64,000 nucleotides of DNA. Source: Escherichia phage ECOP18. This document shows, piece by piece, positions 1-10,972 of this stretch. The notes under the pieces were generated by a model that searched no databases, was not told the origin of the DNA, and saw only the letters and a program-made list of their open reading frames with translations. Positions within the stretch are counted from its first letter, which is position 1. Every line of letters begins with the position of its first letter. A program made the translations under genes and the position numbers. The DNA lies in the sequence record NC_105825.1, one strand, 5' to 3'.

Positions 1-1905
1 AGTTCCATTAACAATCATGTTTCCGTGGAGAACCATTGCAGGGTTAACCCAACCAGACCCATTCCATTGCCTTGTAAATGCTGATTGTGGAGCATTACTA
101 TTAAATTCGGTTAATACATCATATCTAACAGGAGGACTACCAAAGTTATTCTGGAAGAAGGCGTTAGCTTGTCCATCCTCCCAGCCCCCAAGACCTGGAA
201 TACCTAAGGAGTACATTCCAGGACCACGTTGTCCATCATGTCCTATAGTACCTTCAGTACCGCTCCACTGAACTACATCAGACCAGCTAGTACCTTCAAG
301 AAGTTTGTTAGTAACTGGATCAAGTGTACCCGTAGTCGCATAGATATTTTGTGTCATATCGGTACGATTAGGTGGAGTTTTTGACCAGCCAGGAGGCGGA
401 TAATCTTGTTCTAGTGGTTTAGCAGGTAGAGATGTTGCTAACTTATAAACAAATACTGTTTGCTTACCTTGCATACCAGTACCCAGATCTACATCGCCAT
501 TAGGAGTTCCAATAACTACTCCACTAGAAATACGTAGCACATCGCCATCATAACGAATCCACTGTGTGGCATTACCAATATCTAACTTAGCTTTGGCAGA
601 GGTATTATCCATGCCCATCCAAATACCAGAGTTATTATCCCCCCAAGATTTACCTTGAGTGTAAATTGCTGGATTATCCTTACCAGATAAGTTAGTCATG
701 ATAAAGTTCGCAGCATTAATATCTCTAGTAATTACTTTACCATCAACGTTAACAACACGGTTTATAGGGTCAAAAGAAATAGGTGCTTTTCCTTCTTCAT
801 CTAGCAGACCAATGTTAATAGCACCAGTAGCTGCGTCGATTAAGAATGTCTGTCTCCAGATTTCTCCATCTTTCATGCTGCCCTTAATAAAGGCATAGTT
901 AACATCAATACCCGTCTCATTGACAAAGCTGTTGTCTAGAGGAGTATCTTCATTCAATATAAATGTTACAGGAGCTGATTCTGTTATATCCTGCTTATTT
1001 GGTCCCCAGGCAATTGACGAAACCTTAAAGGTATGTTCAACTTTCCACGGGAATGATATAATTGTTGCAGCCCTGGCAGCACCAACGTTTATCTTTTGAG
1101 CTTTAGCCCAGCCAGTCTTAGCGTATTCTTCAGAGTTTATATAAGTAACCAGAAATTCACGGACATTAGCACCCGCACCACGTTCCCAGTCCCACTCTAT
1201 TCTGACATCATATCGTTCCTTACCATCTGCAATTCGTGCAGCTTTAAAAACAATATCGATAGGTGCGGTAGGAGGAACAAAATTATACGCTACAGTTAAA
1301 ATATTAGGGAATTCATAATACCCAGAAGAATCAACTGTAACACCATCAGGCATAGTTACTTGACCAGATATTCTGATCTTATAATCTCCGATAGGAACTC
1401 CACCAAATTTAATAGTAGGTCCCAGCGCGCCTATATAATATTTAACCCATTCACTATCTTCTGATGCAGTACTTTTTAACTCAATAGTACAGTAGCTTGC
1501 TTCACCAGTTGTTTCTACAACAACTATCGGTGCACCTACCCCAACATCCACAGGTTCTGACTCTGATCTTGCTGCAATAATTGTTGGCTTCTCTTTTGTC
1601 CTAAAGTTAGTCTCATTAGAGAGATTGATACCAATCTTAGCCTCTAGCAGTTCAGAATCAATAATAGAGTCATAGAAAGCCCCCTGAATCTCATAGGAGG
1701 TAGAGGGGGTTAGATTATTAATCATTACGAAGAAAGTATCTATACCAGTGTAGTCACGTCTATCTATACTTTCTCCTATTTTTAACCAAAAAGATCTACC
1801 AATAACATCATAATCAGTATAAATGGAGTGCTGGACATAAGCCAAAGTATATCCAGTCATTATACTATTTAAGACCATTTTGGCTGGTGCATTATTTGAA
1901 ATCAT
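1..1905 (-). CDS. baseplate/tail-tip protein, pb4-like (partial; C-terminus beyond window start)
   Basis: Continuous minus-strand reading frame from ATG at 1903-1905 (overlaps stop of upstream gene) to window edge; lies downstream of pb3-like gene as in T5 order (from memory). Confidence 0.5.
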   Translation of the reverse strand, partial: MISNNAPAKMVLNSIMTGYTLAYVQHSIYTDYDVIGRSFWLKIGESIDRRDYTGIDTFFVMINNLTPSTSYEIQGAFYDSIIDSELLEAKIGINLSNETNFRTKEKPTIIAARSESEPVDVGVGAPIVVVETTGEASYCTIELKSTASEDSEWVKYYIGALGPTIKFGGVPIGDYKIRISGQVTMPDGVTVDSSGYYEFPNILTVAYNFVPPTAPIDIVFKAARIADGKERYDVRIEWDWERGAGANVREFLVTYINSEEYAKTGWAKAQKINVGAARAATIISFPWKVEHTFKVSSIAWGPNKQDITESAPVTFILNEDTPLDNSFVNETGIDVNYAFIKGSMKDGEIWRQTFLIDAATGAINIGLLDEEGKAPISFDPINRVVNVDGKVITRDINAANFIMTNLSGKDNPAIYTQGKSWGDNNSGIWMGMDNTSAKAKLDIGNATQWIRYDGDVLRISSGVVIGTPNGDVDLGTGMQGKQTVFVYKLATSLPAKPLEQDYPPPGWSKTPPNRTDMTQNIYATTGTLDPVTNKLLEGTSWSDVVQWSGTEGTIGHDGQRGPGMYSLGIPGLGGWEDGQANAFFQNNFGSPPVRYDVLTEFNSNAPQSAFTRQWNGSGWVNPAMVLHGNMIVNGT

Positions 1906-4754
1906 TAAATGGATGCCCACTCCACAGACTGTTCTCCATCATCCCCTTCTGCCCTAATACGAAAATACAATTTTCTATTTATACCTAGAGCATCACTGTT
2001 CTGGAGAGCAAAGTCTGCCTTATTATATGTTAATAAATAGTCATAAGTATACTGATTTTCAATACGTACACTTCTTAACATCCTATTTTGCGAATCGTGT
2101 ATTTCAAGGGTATAAAATATACTCTCTATTATATCTTCTTCAGGTATTCTATCCCAGGCTAGTTTCACATCTGGGCCAACAAACTCAGTTACATCCCCAG
2201 AAGCCGTATTAGTTACCCTAAAATTAGATACTATACTTAGGTTTTTAGCAGAGTTAAGTTCTATAGATAAGGTTACTGGAGAACTTCTTCTACCATTTAT
2301 ATCCACAGCCCTTATTTCAAATATCGCTAAGCCTGCAGGCTCTCCAATTATCTCTTGGATCATGCGTTCATTGGGATTTGTTTCTAGTTGCTGCACAATA
2401 TAAGGCTCAGCATGCCCGGAATGCACGATAGAGTAATAAACTACGTTATTAGTTAAGCTTGGAAGCCAAGATAACTCACCATTTTTTCCTATAGAACCAA
2501 CTAAACCACCGGGTGTAGGAGTATATTTAAAATCTCTAGGAGGAAGAACGTTGTTACTAATATCTGGTATATCATTACCACTATTATCTACTTGATCAGA
2601 GTTGATAAATACATCTTCCCCATACTCCTGTAGAGTAACATTTATCTTTCCTTCTCTAGAGTTTTCGACTTCATCTACTAAAAAGTACTTCTTATCCCAT
2701 CCGTAACGGTCGTATGTAAATGCAATAGCATCGTTAGGCTCAATACCAATGAATTGATATGGTAAAGAAAATGAGAGGGTTCTAGAATACCTAGATTTCT
2801 TAAGTTCTCTGTCTGCAAAACTTCTAGCAGTATAGTAGTTAGTTATATTTGCAAAAGATAATTGTAATTTTTTATCTAAATTTTTATCCTGCTCTTTATA
2901 TTTAGAGTTATAAAAGGTAATAGAGTTAGTTTTCCAGCTAAGAGCTGGGTCTACTATGGATGCTTGAACTGAGTTGAATTTATTTCTACCAGTAGTATCT
3001 GATAGCTCTAAATCACCATAAGTATCCAGAAAATTAATCTCTAATGGAGTATTAGAATATTTTTCTACAGTAATCCTATATTGACCAGATAAGTTGTTAA
3101 TAGCCCCACCGTAGGATTCTAGTAAACCTTGCACATTTTTAAATACTGATTCAGATGTATCTAGAATAGTATTCATTTGTACTATTTGTCTATTTTCTGC
3201 TAATGGATCAGTCCACCCAACATATCTCCAGTATGGCTGCCAGGATACTTGGTAAGATTCATCTATAATATCTAAGATAGCAGCTTCTTGTACCAATTGT
3301 TGTAGGGGGAACTGATCAATGGTAATATTAGCGCCATATCTATCAGAGGTTAAGTAATCAAGTGTTTGCCAAATACCATTTAAACTAGTACTATTAGCGG
3401 TTACTCTACCATCAGAATGATAGACTTTTACTTTTTTACCTTGAATTTCAGCACTAACTTCTGGAATCTCAGTTCTGTTTTCATTAATAGTAAAACGCAC
3501 TACGGCATAAGCAGTATCTAGTAGCTTATATCTAGCATCCCAGTACTCAGGCCCATTGCCATTCATATTTTGAAGATAAAACCCGCGGTTTTTAGCTATA
3601 TCTACTAGTACTTCAGAAGCCGTTTGGTCAGGTTTTCCATGATACGTCCAAATTCTTATGTCACCATTACCATCATTATACTTATACTCCTGCCCATGCA
3701 CGGAAGGACTACTAGAAGGTGTTCCTGACGCTATTCTTTGCATGGTGTCTCCTGCTACTTTTTTAACACCGAAACAGGTTCTAGCAGAGCTATCATTAGA
3801 GTCCATACAAATCATAGGGTTATCCCCAAAGGAAAAGTCAAGAAAACCGTCTATCTCTCCTTCAGCAAAAGCATATACTACGTAAACTATATTAGGATTG
3901 TGTAATTCCGTATCCGCAAAAATAGGTATTCCCGGTATTTTCTGTACACCATAAACTACTGGTATATACTTAGCAGCAAGGTTAAAATCTATATCTACTT
4001 CTTTAGTAACAGTCTCATAATACTTTTTAAGACTATAACTTCTAGATAGTCCAAATAGCTTTTTCTTAGACTTTAGCTTGTATCTTTCTTCCTGTACCTG
4101 ATATTTTGCTAGGATAGAGATACTTTTATTAGAGTGGAAGAACCCATAGTCTTCTTGATACTCTGGTCTTTTAGCACCATTAGATGGTACTAACTGTCCA
4201 GCTACAACTTCAAGCCCCCTATGGGAAGCGTCATCAGTATATCTACCATTAACTCTATCAAAGTCATAGAATTGGTTAGAACAATTCCAGGTAATTGTAG
4301 AGGTTCCTACTCCAGAGGTACTAATGTTATCTTTAATACCCCCTCCAGTAATCCTCCCCCTAAAGTATAGTAAAGGACCGTTTGTATCTGGGTCTACTGG
4401 CAGAATAGAACCATCTTCAGTAATAATTGCTTGATGAATTGATACGGTTCTATCTAAGAAGGATACACCATTTTGCACTAGTTTTAACACTTCATCCTGT
4501 GCTGTACCAGTAATAGTAAAAGATAGACTACCAATAGATAAATCTCTATTTTGTTTGTGTGAGCTAATAGACTTAACTTTACCCGCCTGGTATAAGATGC
4601 CATTATATAGTACATTCCTAAAATAATCAGTTAAATAAATAAAAGCAGTACTAGTACCAGTAGAGCCAGGTAACTCTAGAGAAATTAGACTAGCAGTTTT
4701 TATTCTGCTATTATTTTTTAAGTAGTTTCTAGCACTATCTAGTATTTTTTTCAT
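1905..4754 (-). CDS. baseplate hub protein, pb3-like (949 aa)
   Basis: ORF track; size and position between distal tail protein and pb4-like gene match T5 (from memory). Confidence 0.6.
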   Translation of the reverse strand: MKKILDSARNYLKNNSRIKTASLISLELPGSTGTSTAFIYLTDYFRNVLYNGILYQAGKVKSISSHKQNRDLSIGSLSFTITGTAQDEVLKLVQNGVSFLDRTVSIHQAIITEDGSILPVDPDTNGPLLYFRGRITGGGIKDNISTSGVGTSTITWNCSNQFYDFDRVNGRYTDDASHRGLEVVAGQLVPSNGAKRPEYQEDYGFFHSNKSISILAKYQVQEERYKLKSKKKLFGLSRSYSLKKYYETVTKEVDIDFNLAAKYIPVVYGVQKIPGIPIFADTELHNPNIVYVVYAFAEGEIDGFLDFSFGDNPMICMDSNDSSARTCFGVKKVAGDTMQRIASGTPSSSPSVHGQEYKYNDGNGDIRIWTYHGKPDQTASEVLVDIAKNRGFYLQNMNGNGPEYWDARYKLLDTAYAVVRFTINENRTEIPEVSAEIQGKKVKVYHSDGRVTANSTSLNGIWQTLDYLTSDRYGANITIDQFPLQQLVQEAAILDIIDESYQVSWQPYWRYVGWTDPLAENRQIVQMNTILDTSESVFKNVQGLLESYGGAINNLSGQYRITVEKYSNTPLEINFLDTYGDLELSDTTGRNKFNSVQASIVDPALSWKTNSITFYNSKYKEQDKNLDKKLQLSFANITNYYTARSFADRELKKSRYSRTLSFSLPYQFIGIEPNDAIAFTYDRYGWDKKYFLVDEVENSREGKINVTLQEYGEDVFINSDQVDNSGNDIPDISNNVLPPRDFKYTPTPGGLVGSIGKNGELSWLPSLTNNVVYYSIVHSGHAEPYIVQQLETNPNERMIQEIIGEPAGLAIFEIRAVDINGRRSSPVTLSIELNSAKNLSIVSNFRVTNTASGDVTEFVGPDVKLAWDRIPEEDIIESIFYTLEIHDSQNRMLRSVRIENQYTYDYLLTYNKADFALQNSDALGINRKLYFRIRAEGDDGEQSVEWASI

Positions 4755-5365
4755 AAACTTTCCCGTAAATTTAATAAGATGCCGGAATATGTTCCGTTAT
4801 TATTTAATGTAGATCCGAAAGCATCACCATTCATGAGTTTTGTTCTAAATAGTATCCCATTAAATACTGGTTTTTCAGCTCCAGTAGTAGTTACAAATAA
4901 ATCAGGATATAAATTTATAGACCATATATTGCCTGATTTGTTAAATGATGTTATTTTATATACTTTTGGGTGGTTAGACAGCTTAAATAGATCTCCAGGT
5001 TTTGGATTACCAGTTAGGAGCCCTTTTGTATCCATAGTAATATTGGAACCTTTTTGTCCCGCTGGTATATTTACTAAGTTAGTATTACCTCTAACCCTAA
5101 AAGCCTCATACTGAGGTAATATAACATCAATGTAGCCTCCTGTCCTTTTGTACTCTAGAATAAAAGCATCTAGAACACTATATTCATCTGGAAATAATTC
5201 TGGGTAGGAAATATTTATACCCCAGTATTGAGCAGATACCTTAACTTCGTTAACTTTACCATTAGGTAACTCATCACGAATTACTGGGTCATTATCAATC
5301 AGGTTAACACTTTCGAATCCTAATCCTGAAAGTTCTGGATTCGTGTATGGGTCTGGTAATCTCAT
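4751..5365 (-). CDS. distal tail protein, pb9-like (204 aa)
   Basis: ORF immediately downstream of tape measure gene; start overlaps pb3-like gene. Confidence 0.5.
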   Translation of the reverse strand: MRLPDPYTNPELSGLGFESVNLIDNDPVIRDELPNGKVNEVKVSAQYWGINISYPELFPDEYSVLDAFILEYKRTGGYIDVILPQYEAFRVRGNTNLVNIPAGQKGSNITMDTKGLLTGNPKPGDLFKLSNHPKVYKITSFNKSGNIWSINLYPDLFVTTTGAEKPVFNGILFRTKLMNGDAFGSTLNNNGTYSGILLNLRESL

Positions 5366-5474
5366 AGTTAATTTCTCCTCTTTAATAACAATATTATAAT
5401 AGTATTAGAAAATTTTATCAAGAAATTTTTATTTTTCCATAAAGAAAAGGAGGACTCAAAGTCCTCCTCCAGTT

Positions 5475-8400
5475 TTAAGAATTTCCTAATGTTTTCAGAC
5501 TAGCACCGTTCTCATTCAGAGCTAATTCTACTGCGTCTCTTAGAGCACCACTATTACTAGAGGCAAACTCTCTAAAACTTGCAGCATCCATAGCACTAAT
5601 ATTCAGGATGATAGGTCTTCCTGAAGTTGAGTTAGACGAGGTTTTTAGCTCATCATTAGGTGTAGCTTTCATAGGAACCATAGGGGTAACTACTTCTGTA
5701 CCATGCTCACCCATTTGATAGCTAACCCCTGGATACATATTACCACCCTCAGCACGAGGAACGAAAGAGTTGGCACTACCTATACCTTGATCGCCACGAA
5801 TATAAGATAGTTCACCTGCATTAGCAGACATGGACACATCTATATTCTTCTGACGCTCTCCTAAGGTTAAGTAACTAGTTGTATCCGCCCCAGAATCAGC
5901 AATACTTGACATACCAGATGCAGAAGATGCTTGTGCTAACGCCAATGCACCCGCTAAACCTGCCGCAACCATTAAAGGAATAGAGAACGGGTATGGTACA
6001 GCTGTTGCCGCTTGCATTACAGCTACTGCAGTTTGGATGATAATCTGCTTCTTAGCTGCATCTTGTTGAATCTTCAGCTTTTCAGCTTCTAGCTTCTTCA
6101 ATTTAGCTTTAGATGCTTCTGATTTACCATCACGTTTCTGCTCTGCTGCAATAGCCTGATCAATTGCACTAACCTGTTGACTAGTACTATATTGGATCAT
6201 AGAGGCTACGGTCTGCATACCGGAAGCAATCATAGATGTAGTATCTAAAGATCCCTGGGAGAATTGAATCATAGCATTGGTTAGGTTACCCATGCTTTGA
6301 GCTACAGCGGTTGCTTCAGAGTTTAGCTCAGATAGTTTAGAGATTGCCTGATCATAAGAAGCCATTCTATTTTGCATATCAGCAAAATCTTTATCTTCTC
6401 CAGATAATCCAGTTGTAGGGGTATACACAGCACCTACAGAAGACCCTACCTGTTGCTGCATCTGGCTATCTCTCTGTTTTCTAAGCTGTTCTAAGGCTGC
6501 TGAAGTTTTATAAATCTCATTACGATATTTAATTTCTTCTTCAGTATTACCTTTAGACAGCTCCAGCTGCTGCTGCAGAATAGATAACCTTTCAGTGAGA
6601 ATCTGGGACTGACCAGTGACATTTCTCTGCGTTTGGCTAACCTCTAAGGCATCCATAAGGGCGGATACATGAGTAGCAGTAGCTTGTTTCTCTGCTTCCC
6701 ATAACTCTCTACTTATCTGTGCTTGAGCACGTCTAGACTGTTCTGCCTCTTTTTGTTTATCCGCTTGTTTTAAGTACCACTCATATTTTTCTTCCTCTAT
6801 AGTTAGTTCTAGCTTTAACTGTGCTAATCTATACTGAGTGCTAGTCATAGTACGGTCATTCAGAAGAGCTATCTCACGATCTACACCCAGAATTTTATCT
6901 GTGTAATCCTTGACCTTTTTCTGGGCTTCCATACCCTGATTAGTAAGCTTAAGTTTCTCCAGCTGAATTTTTTCAATTTCTTTCTCAACAGCTTTATTTC
7001 CCTGGTTTGTTTGAAGAACACGGCGTAAAGCAGCTTCTTGCTCTTCTAACTGTTGCAACTCTAAACGTCTACCAGCTTCCTGAGCCTTTTCCTTATCCTT
7101 AGTTTGATTATACACATCGGCTATTTTCTGTTGAACTGCTAACTGATTTTTAGTTTCATTACCAGTTAGTTTAACATACTCGGACAAGGCCTGAGAAGCA
7201 GTTTTCATCTCAGATAACGTATTATAGCCTAAATTAAGATTTTTAACATACTCATCTGCACTTTTACCCGTACCTAGAGATAGAGATTCTATATTTTTTA
7301 TAGCATCTGCTAAAGTAGCACTAGTTTTAGCAGCAGTATCTGTATTCTGAGCAACGTTCTGTATATCATTAGCTAAGTCACTAGCAGTTTTCTTAGTCTG
7401 ATTGTACGCTTTCTGCTGCTCGGTTAGTCCTTTTAATACAGTAGAGTTAAAATCGTATACAGCATCAGGATCAGTAGTATCTCTCTGTAGATTAATTTGC
7501 TTCTGAAACTCGGGGTTAGCTTTTGCAGCAGCAGCTCCAGCAGCTTGATACGCTGATTTCCAGGCATTAAGGTTTTCAGTAGAATCCTCTACTTCCTTAC
7601 CAAGTCTAGTTACTTGTAGACCCATAGCTGCAGTTTCTGCTACAAATTGCTTATTGGCCTCCGAAGCACCTGCTGCTGCAAGACCAACAGGAATACCTTC
7701 ACCAACTTGACGTATAGCTAGTTTTGTATAGAAATCTGCTTGTTCCATTCGTTTATCGAACTCAGATTTTAGCTTATTACGCTTATCAAGAGATTCCTTA
7801 TACATATCTAGAGCTTTATTATAGCCTTCTTCAGAAGCAGCTAAACTTAAAGCAACAGCACCAACGTTGGTAGGGTCTATCTGTCTATTAGTTTTTTCTT
7901 GAGCTCTAGCTGCCTCCGCAGATATAGAAGCCTGAGAGGTATAAAATACTGTGTTGATAGCATCAATTACTGGCCCTAAATACTTAGCAGCAGCTTGTTG
8001 TATTTTTCTTAGTGCAGCATCTGCATTAGCAGCAAATTGCTCCCATGGAGTTGCACGTAGTACTTCATCTAGGTAGCCAAACCGCTTAGTAGATTCAGCA
8101 ATTACCGCGTTAGCGTATGCTTGTTGTTTCTGGAAAGTGGTAAGACTATTAACATTATATGTTATACCTGTGTTTGCAGCATTTAACTGTTTAACATAAT
8201 CAGCGTATGCGTCATTAAGACGGATGGTGACACCAAGTTCATCTAGAAGTTCGATTTCTTGTTTAGATACGCCCTTAATTACACGGTTAAGTGCATCAGT
8301 CATATCAACACCAAGAACAGCAGCAGCACGACGAGCTACTAAACCAAATTTATTAAGTTGTTCGGCATCAAATCCATAAGCAGATGCTGAAGATGCCTGT

Positions 8401-9155
8401 CTCATTGCTTCCTCAAAAGAAATAGCATATCCAGCAGCTTCTTGTAGTGATCTAGCAAGGGTCTGAACAGGAGTACCTGTCTGAGTACCTACTATAACAC
8501 CAAATTTTTCTAGACGATTTAGCTGATCACCTAGTTTAAGTTGTTCGAATGCAGATTGCAAAACGAAGATGTTGGAAGCAAGAGCTGCGTACATAATAGG
8601 TAAACTACCACCGATCTTAGCCATTGCCGCAAAATCACGAGTTGCACCGCGTGCGGAACCAGAAGTATTACCAATAGCTCTAGAAGCTCTGCCAGCAGCA
8701 CCAGCAGTATCATTAAAACCTCTAGCTGTGCCACCTAATGCTCTATTAGTATCATATAATCTATCCTGGACTTTTTCTGTTGCAGCTGCAACATCATTAC
8801 CCATTGTTTTAACAGATCTAGAAACTCCATCAAATCCGACTTCTAATTTATCTGCTACTTCAATCATTGTAATAGCGAGATCGTCTAACTTAGCTCCTAT
8901 ATCATTAATAGATTTAGTAACACTAAGCATACCTCTGCTAGCTTGCATTTTAGTAAGACTTTTTGCTGCTCTATCCGCTGCCCTCTCAATGGAGTAAAGG
9001 GTTTTGGGCATTTTACCTAACTGCTCATTTGTCAGTTCGGAAGCAGCAGCAGCGTTTTCCAACGCATCAGATACGTTTTCAATAGACTTTGCAGTACGAG
9101 TTGCCCCCTTCTGTTTAACGTCTATTAGTAATTCTCGTATTAGCTTATCAGTCAT
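5475..9155 (-). CDS. tail tape measure protein, pb2-like (1226 aa)
   Basis: Very long Ala/Gln/Lys-rich coiled-coil ORF with hydrophobic C-proximal segment; located between tail tube and baseplate genes. Confidence 0.8.
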   Translation of the reverse strand: MTDKLIRELLIDVKQKGATRTAKSIENVSDALENAAAASELTNEQLGKMPKTLYSIERAADRAAKSLTKMQASRGMLSVTKSINDIGAKLDDLAITMIEVADKLEVGFDGVSRSVKTMGNDVAAATEKVQDRLYDTNRALGGTARGFNDTAGAAGRASRAIGNTSGSARGATRDFAAMAKIGGSLPIMYAALASNIFVLQSAFEQLKLGDQLNRLEKFGVIVGTQTGTPVQTLARSLQEAAGYAISFEEAMRQASSASAYGFDAEQLNKFGLVARRAAAVLGVDMTDALNRVIKGVSKQEIELLDELGVTIRLNDAYADYVKQLNAANTGITYNVNSLTTFQKQQAYANAVIAESTKRFGYLDEVLRATPWEQFAANADAALRKIQQAAAKYLGPVIDAINTVFYTSQASISAEAARAQEKTNRQIDPTNVGAVALSLAASEEGYNKALDMYKESLDKRNKLKSEFDKRMEQADFYTKLAIRQVGEGIPVGLAAAGASEANKQFVAETAAMGLQVTRLGKEVEDSTENLNAWKSAYQAAGAAAAKANPEFQKQINLQRDTTDPDAVYDFNSTVLKGLTEQQKAYNQTKKTASDLANDIQNVAQNTDTAAKTSATLADAIKNIESLSLGTGKSADEYVKNLNLGYNTLSEMKTASQALSEYVKLTGNETKNQLAVQQKIADVYNQTKDKEKAQEAGRRLELQQLEEQEAALRRVLQTNQGNKAVEKEIEKIQLEKLKLTNQGMEAQKKVKDYTDKILGVDREIALLNDRTMTSTQYRLAQLKLELTIEEEKYEWYLKQADKQKEAEQSRRAQAQISRELWEAEKQATATHVSALMDALEVSQTQRNVTGQSQILTERLSILQQQLELSKGNTEEEIKYRNEIYKTSAALEQLRKQRDSQMQQQVGSSVGAVYTPTTGLSGEDKDFADMQNRMASYDQAISKLSELNSEATAVAQSMGNLTNAMIQFSQGSLDTTSMIASGMQTVASMIQYSTSQQVSAIDQAIAAEQKRDGKSEASKAKLKKLEAEKLKIQQDAAKKQIIIQTAVAVMQAATAVPYPFSIPLMVAAGLAGALALAQASSASGMSSIADSGADTTSYLTLGERQKNIDVSMSANAGELSYIRGDQGIGSANSFVPRAEGGNMYPGVSYQMGEHGTEVVTPMVPMKATPNDELKTSSNSTSGRPIILNISAMDAASFREFASSNSGALRDAVELALNENGASLKTLGNS

Positions 9156-9169
9156 GTTTTATTTTCCCA

Positions 9170-9202
9170 ATAAAAAAGGCTCTGGGCAAATCACCCAGAG
9201 CC
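9170..9202 (-). terminator. rho-independent terminator upstream of tape measure gene
   Basis: ggctctggg...cccagagcc hairpin followed by U-run on minus strand. Confidence 0.5.
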
Positions 9203-9237
9203 AAGCCTCATCGTGGAACGCCCATTGGAGGAAACTT

Positions 9238-9606
9238 TTACCGTGCGCGAGATTTAGCATGTGGCTTAACGTTAGGAATTCTCCCGTTTTGCGGTTTATG
9301 CTTCTCAGCACGTTTACGTGCAGCATCTACAGCTTTAGCATCAAATATATTGATAATGTGTAGAACAAATTCTTTTTCTATAGGATCAGTAATCCCATAA
9401 ATATCAAATAAAACACCTAATGCAGCCTTATCCTTACCTATAAAAATAGGAAAGTCACCTGGTATGAAACAGTCAATTAGACTGTTATAAATATTCATAC
9501 TAATAGCTACAATAGGTGGAAAATCTTCGAGTTCAACTGGCATAGCCTTAGGATCAGGCTCTATACCCATTGACTCGCAAAGTATTAAATATTGTTGTTT
9601 AGTCAT
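9238..9606 (-). CDS. putative tail assembly chaperone (122 aa)
   Basis: Small ORF directly upstream of tape measure gene; classic chaperone position. Confidence 0.35.
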   Translation of the reverse strand: MTKQQYLILCESMGIEPDPKAMPVELEDFPPIVAISMNIYNSLIDCFIPGDFPIFIGKDKAALGVLFDIYGITDPIEKEFVLHIINIFDAKAVDAARKRAEKHKPQNGRIPNVKPHAKSRAR

Positions 9607-9667
9607 TTTAGACGCTGAGCTTTTAATACATTTGTCTGCAAAATCAGCAACAGCATCTAGGAGTTCT

Positions 9668-10072
9668 TTACGCTTTTGGGCTACGAAAAGTGTCTAAGTG
9701 GAACACTGTCTGGTTGATCCAAGAATCAAACGCAGCAGAGTTCTGCATAAGCATTACAGCATTATCGCGACTAAAAGGAACTTCAGTTTCAGGATCAGCA
9801 TCTGTTTCAATCAGCATCAGTTTTTCAACGTCACCTACTGTCAAACCGGTCCAACCTTTAATAGCTGCGTCAACGAAGGCTTCAATGAACTTATCATCAT
9901 CCTGTACCTGAATCAAAGTACCATTAACCCATTCATCGCGTTTAGCAGAAGAAATAACACGTTTAGAGGTAGCACGAGACATATAGTTAAGTTCTAGTTT
10001 AAAGTTCGGCATACCCGGGTAGGAAAGAGTAATAGTACGAGTATCGAGAGTAATATCTTTTAAATTAATCAT
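9668..10072 (-). CDS. putative tail assembly chaperone (134 aa)
   Basis: Small ORF upstream of tape measure gene, start overlaps preceding gene. Confidence 0.35.
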   Translation of the reverse strand: MINLKDITLDTRTITLSYPGMPNFKLELNYMSRATSKRVISSAKRDEWVNGTLIQVQDDDKFIEAFVDAAIKGWTGLTVGDVEKLMLIETDADPETEVPFSRDNAVMLMQNSAAFDSWINQTVFHLDTFRSPKA

Positions 10073-10968
10073 TTTTTAATTTCTCCAAAGAAATCTATTC
10101 TCACTGGGTCTGAAGAAGCAGTAGGTATAATATCCCACTCAACTCTATACACATCTGAGAAATCTAGGCGTTTTGTAATACGTGCTAAAGGAAAATCTAT
10201 AGAAATATTATTATTTCTTATATTTAAAGGTACATCGGTCTCTGGTTCGATATTGTAAACCATATCTCCAGCAAAACGTTTTAAGTAGTATAGAGAAATG
10301 GTTGCCGAAGCATTCATTTCATTTACATAAGCTCTTTTATTATTATAAATTTTATTTATATCAAAAACACTCTTATCTTCTCTCCAAGAGCATTGCTGTT
10401 GAAAAGATAAAGAAGCGGAAATAAGGCCAGGTAAGATGCTACCGTTAGTAGAAACTATTACCGGGCTATAAGACATTGCTTCACCTTGTATAATAGAAGC
10501 TGCTTCTCTATATGTAGATACCTCGGAAAATTTCCCTGATTCAATACCAACATTAAGAATTGGTATATTCTTATCTAAAGAAAAATCTACAGTAGATACA
10601 TAGCAGTTCTCAAAATATACACAGTTATTATCTTTATTTACTATATAGATATTAAACATAATAGGTTCAATGTTGTTACTATATAGTGGTAGTAAGAAAG
10701 TATTACCTTTTCTATCAAAACCTAGCCATTCGAAAAAATTAGCTTCAGTAAGTGTATTACTAAAATTTATTGCTAATGATATAGAAGAAGGAGTTTGAGC
10801 ATTTATAATAGAGTCTGCATAGTTAGTTCTACGATGAACAGTCCTACGAAGAGTCTTGAATTCCTCGTAGGAAGTCTGTATATCATAGTTTGATAGGGCA
10901 TCAAAATGAAATGCCCTACCATCATACTCAACTATAACTTTTGACTCTCGCATTAGAGAGTAGTACAT
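10069..10968 (-). CDS. hypothetical tail protein (299 aa)
   Basis: ORF track; inside structural module. Confidence 0.4.
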   Translation of the reverse strand: MYYSLMRESKVIVEYDGRAFHFDALSNYDIQTSYEEFKTLRRTVHRRTNYADSIINAQTPSSISLAINFSNTLTEANFFEWLGFDRKGNTFLLPLYSNNIEPIMFNIYIVNKDNNCVYFENCYVSTVDFSLDKNIPILNVGIESGKFSEVSTYREAASIIQGEAMSYSPVIVSTNGSILPGLISASLSFQQQCSWREDKSVFDINKIYNNKRAYVNEMNASATISLYYLKRFAGDMVYNIEPETDVPLNIRNNNISIDFPLARITKRLDFSDVYRVEWDIIPTASSDPVRIDFFGEIKK

Positions 10969-10972
10969 TTAT

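Noticed and set aside
8569-8997. Antisense ORFs inside the tape measure gene (8569-8997 plus, 8531-8734 minus) and similar short ORFs antisense to structural genes (for example 17-271, 698-898, 10992-11333, 14600-15043).
   Set aside because: They lie fully within long, well-supported genes, have repetitive low-complexity translations and no RBS.
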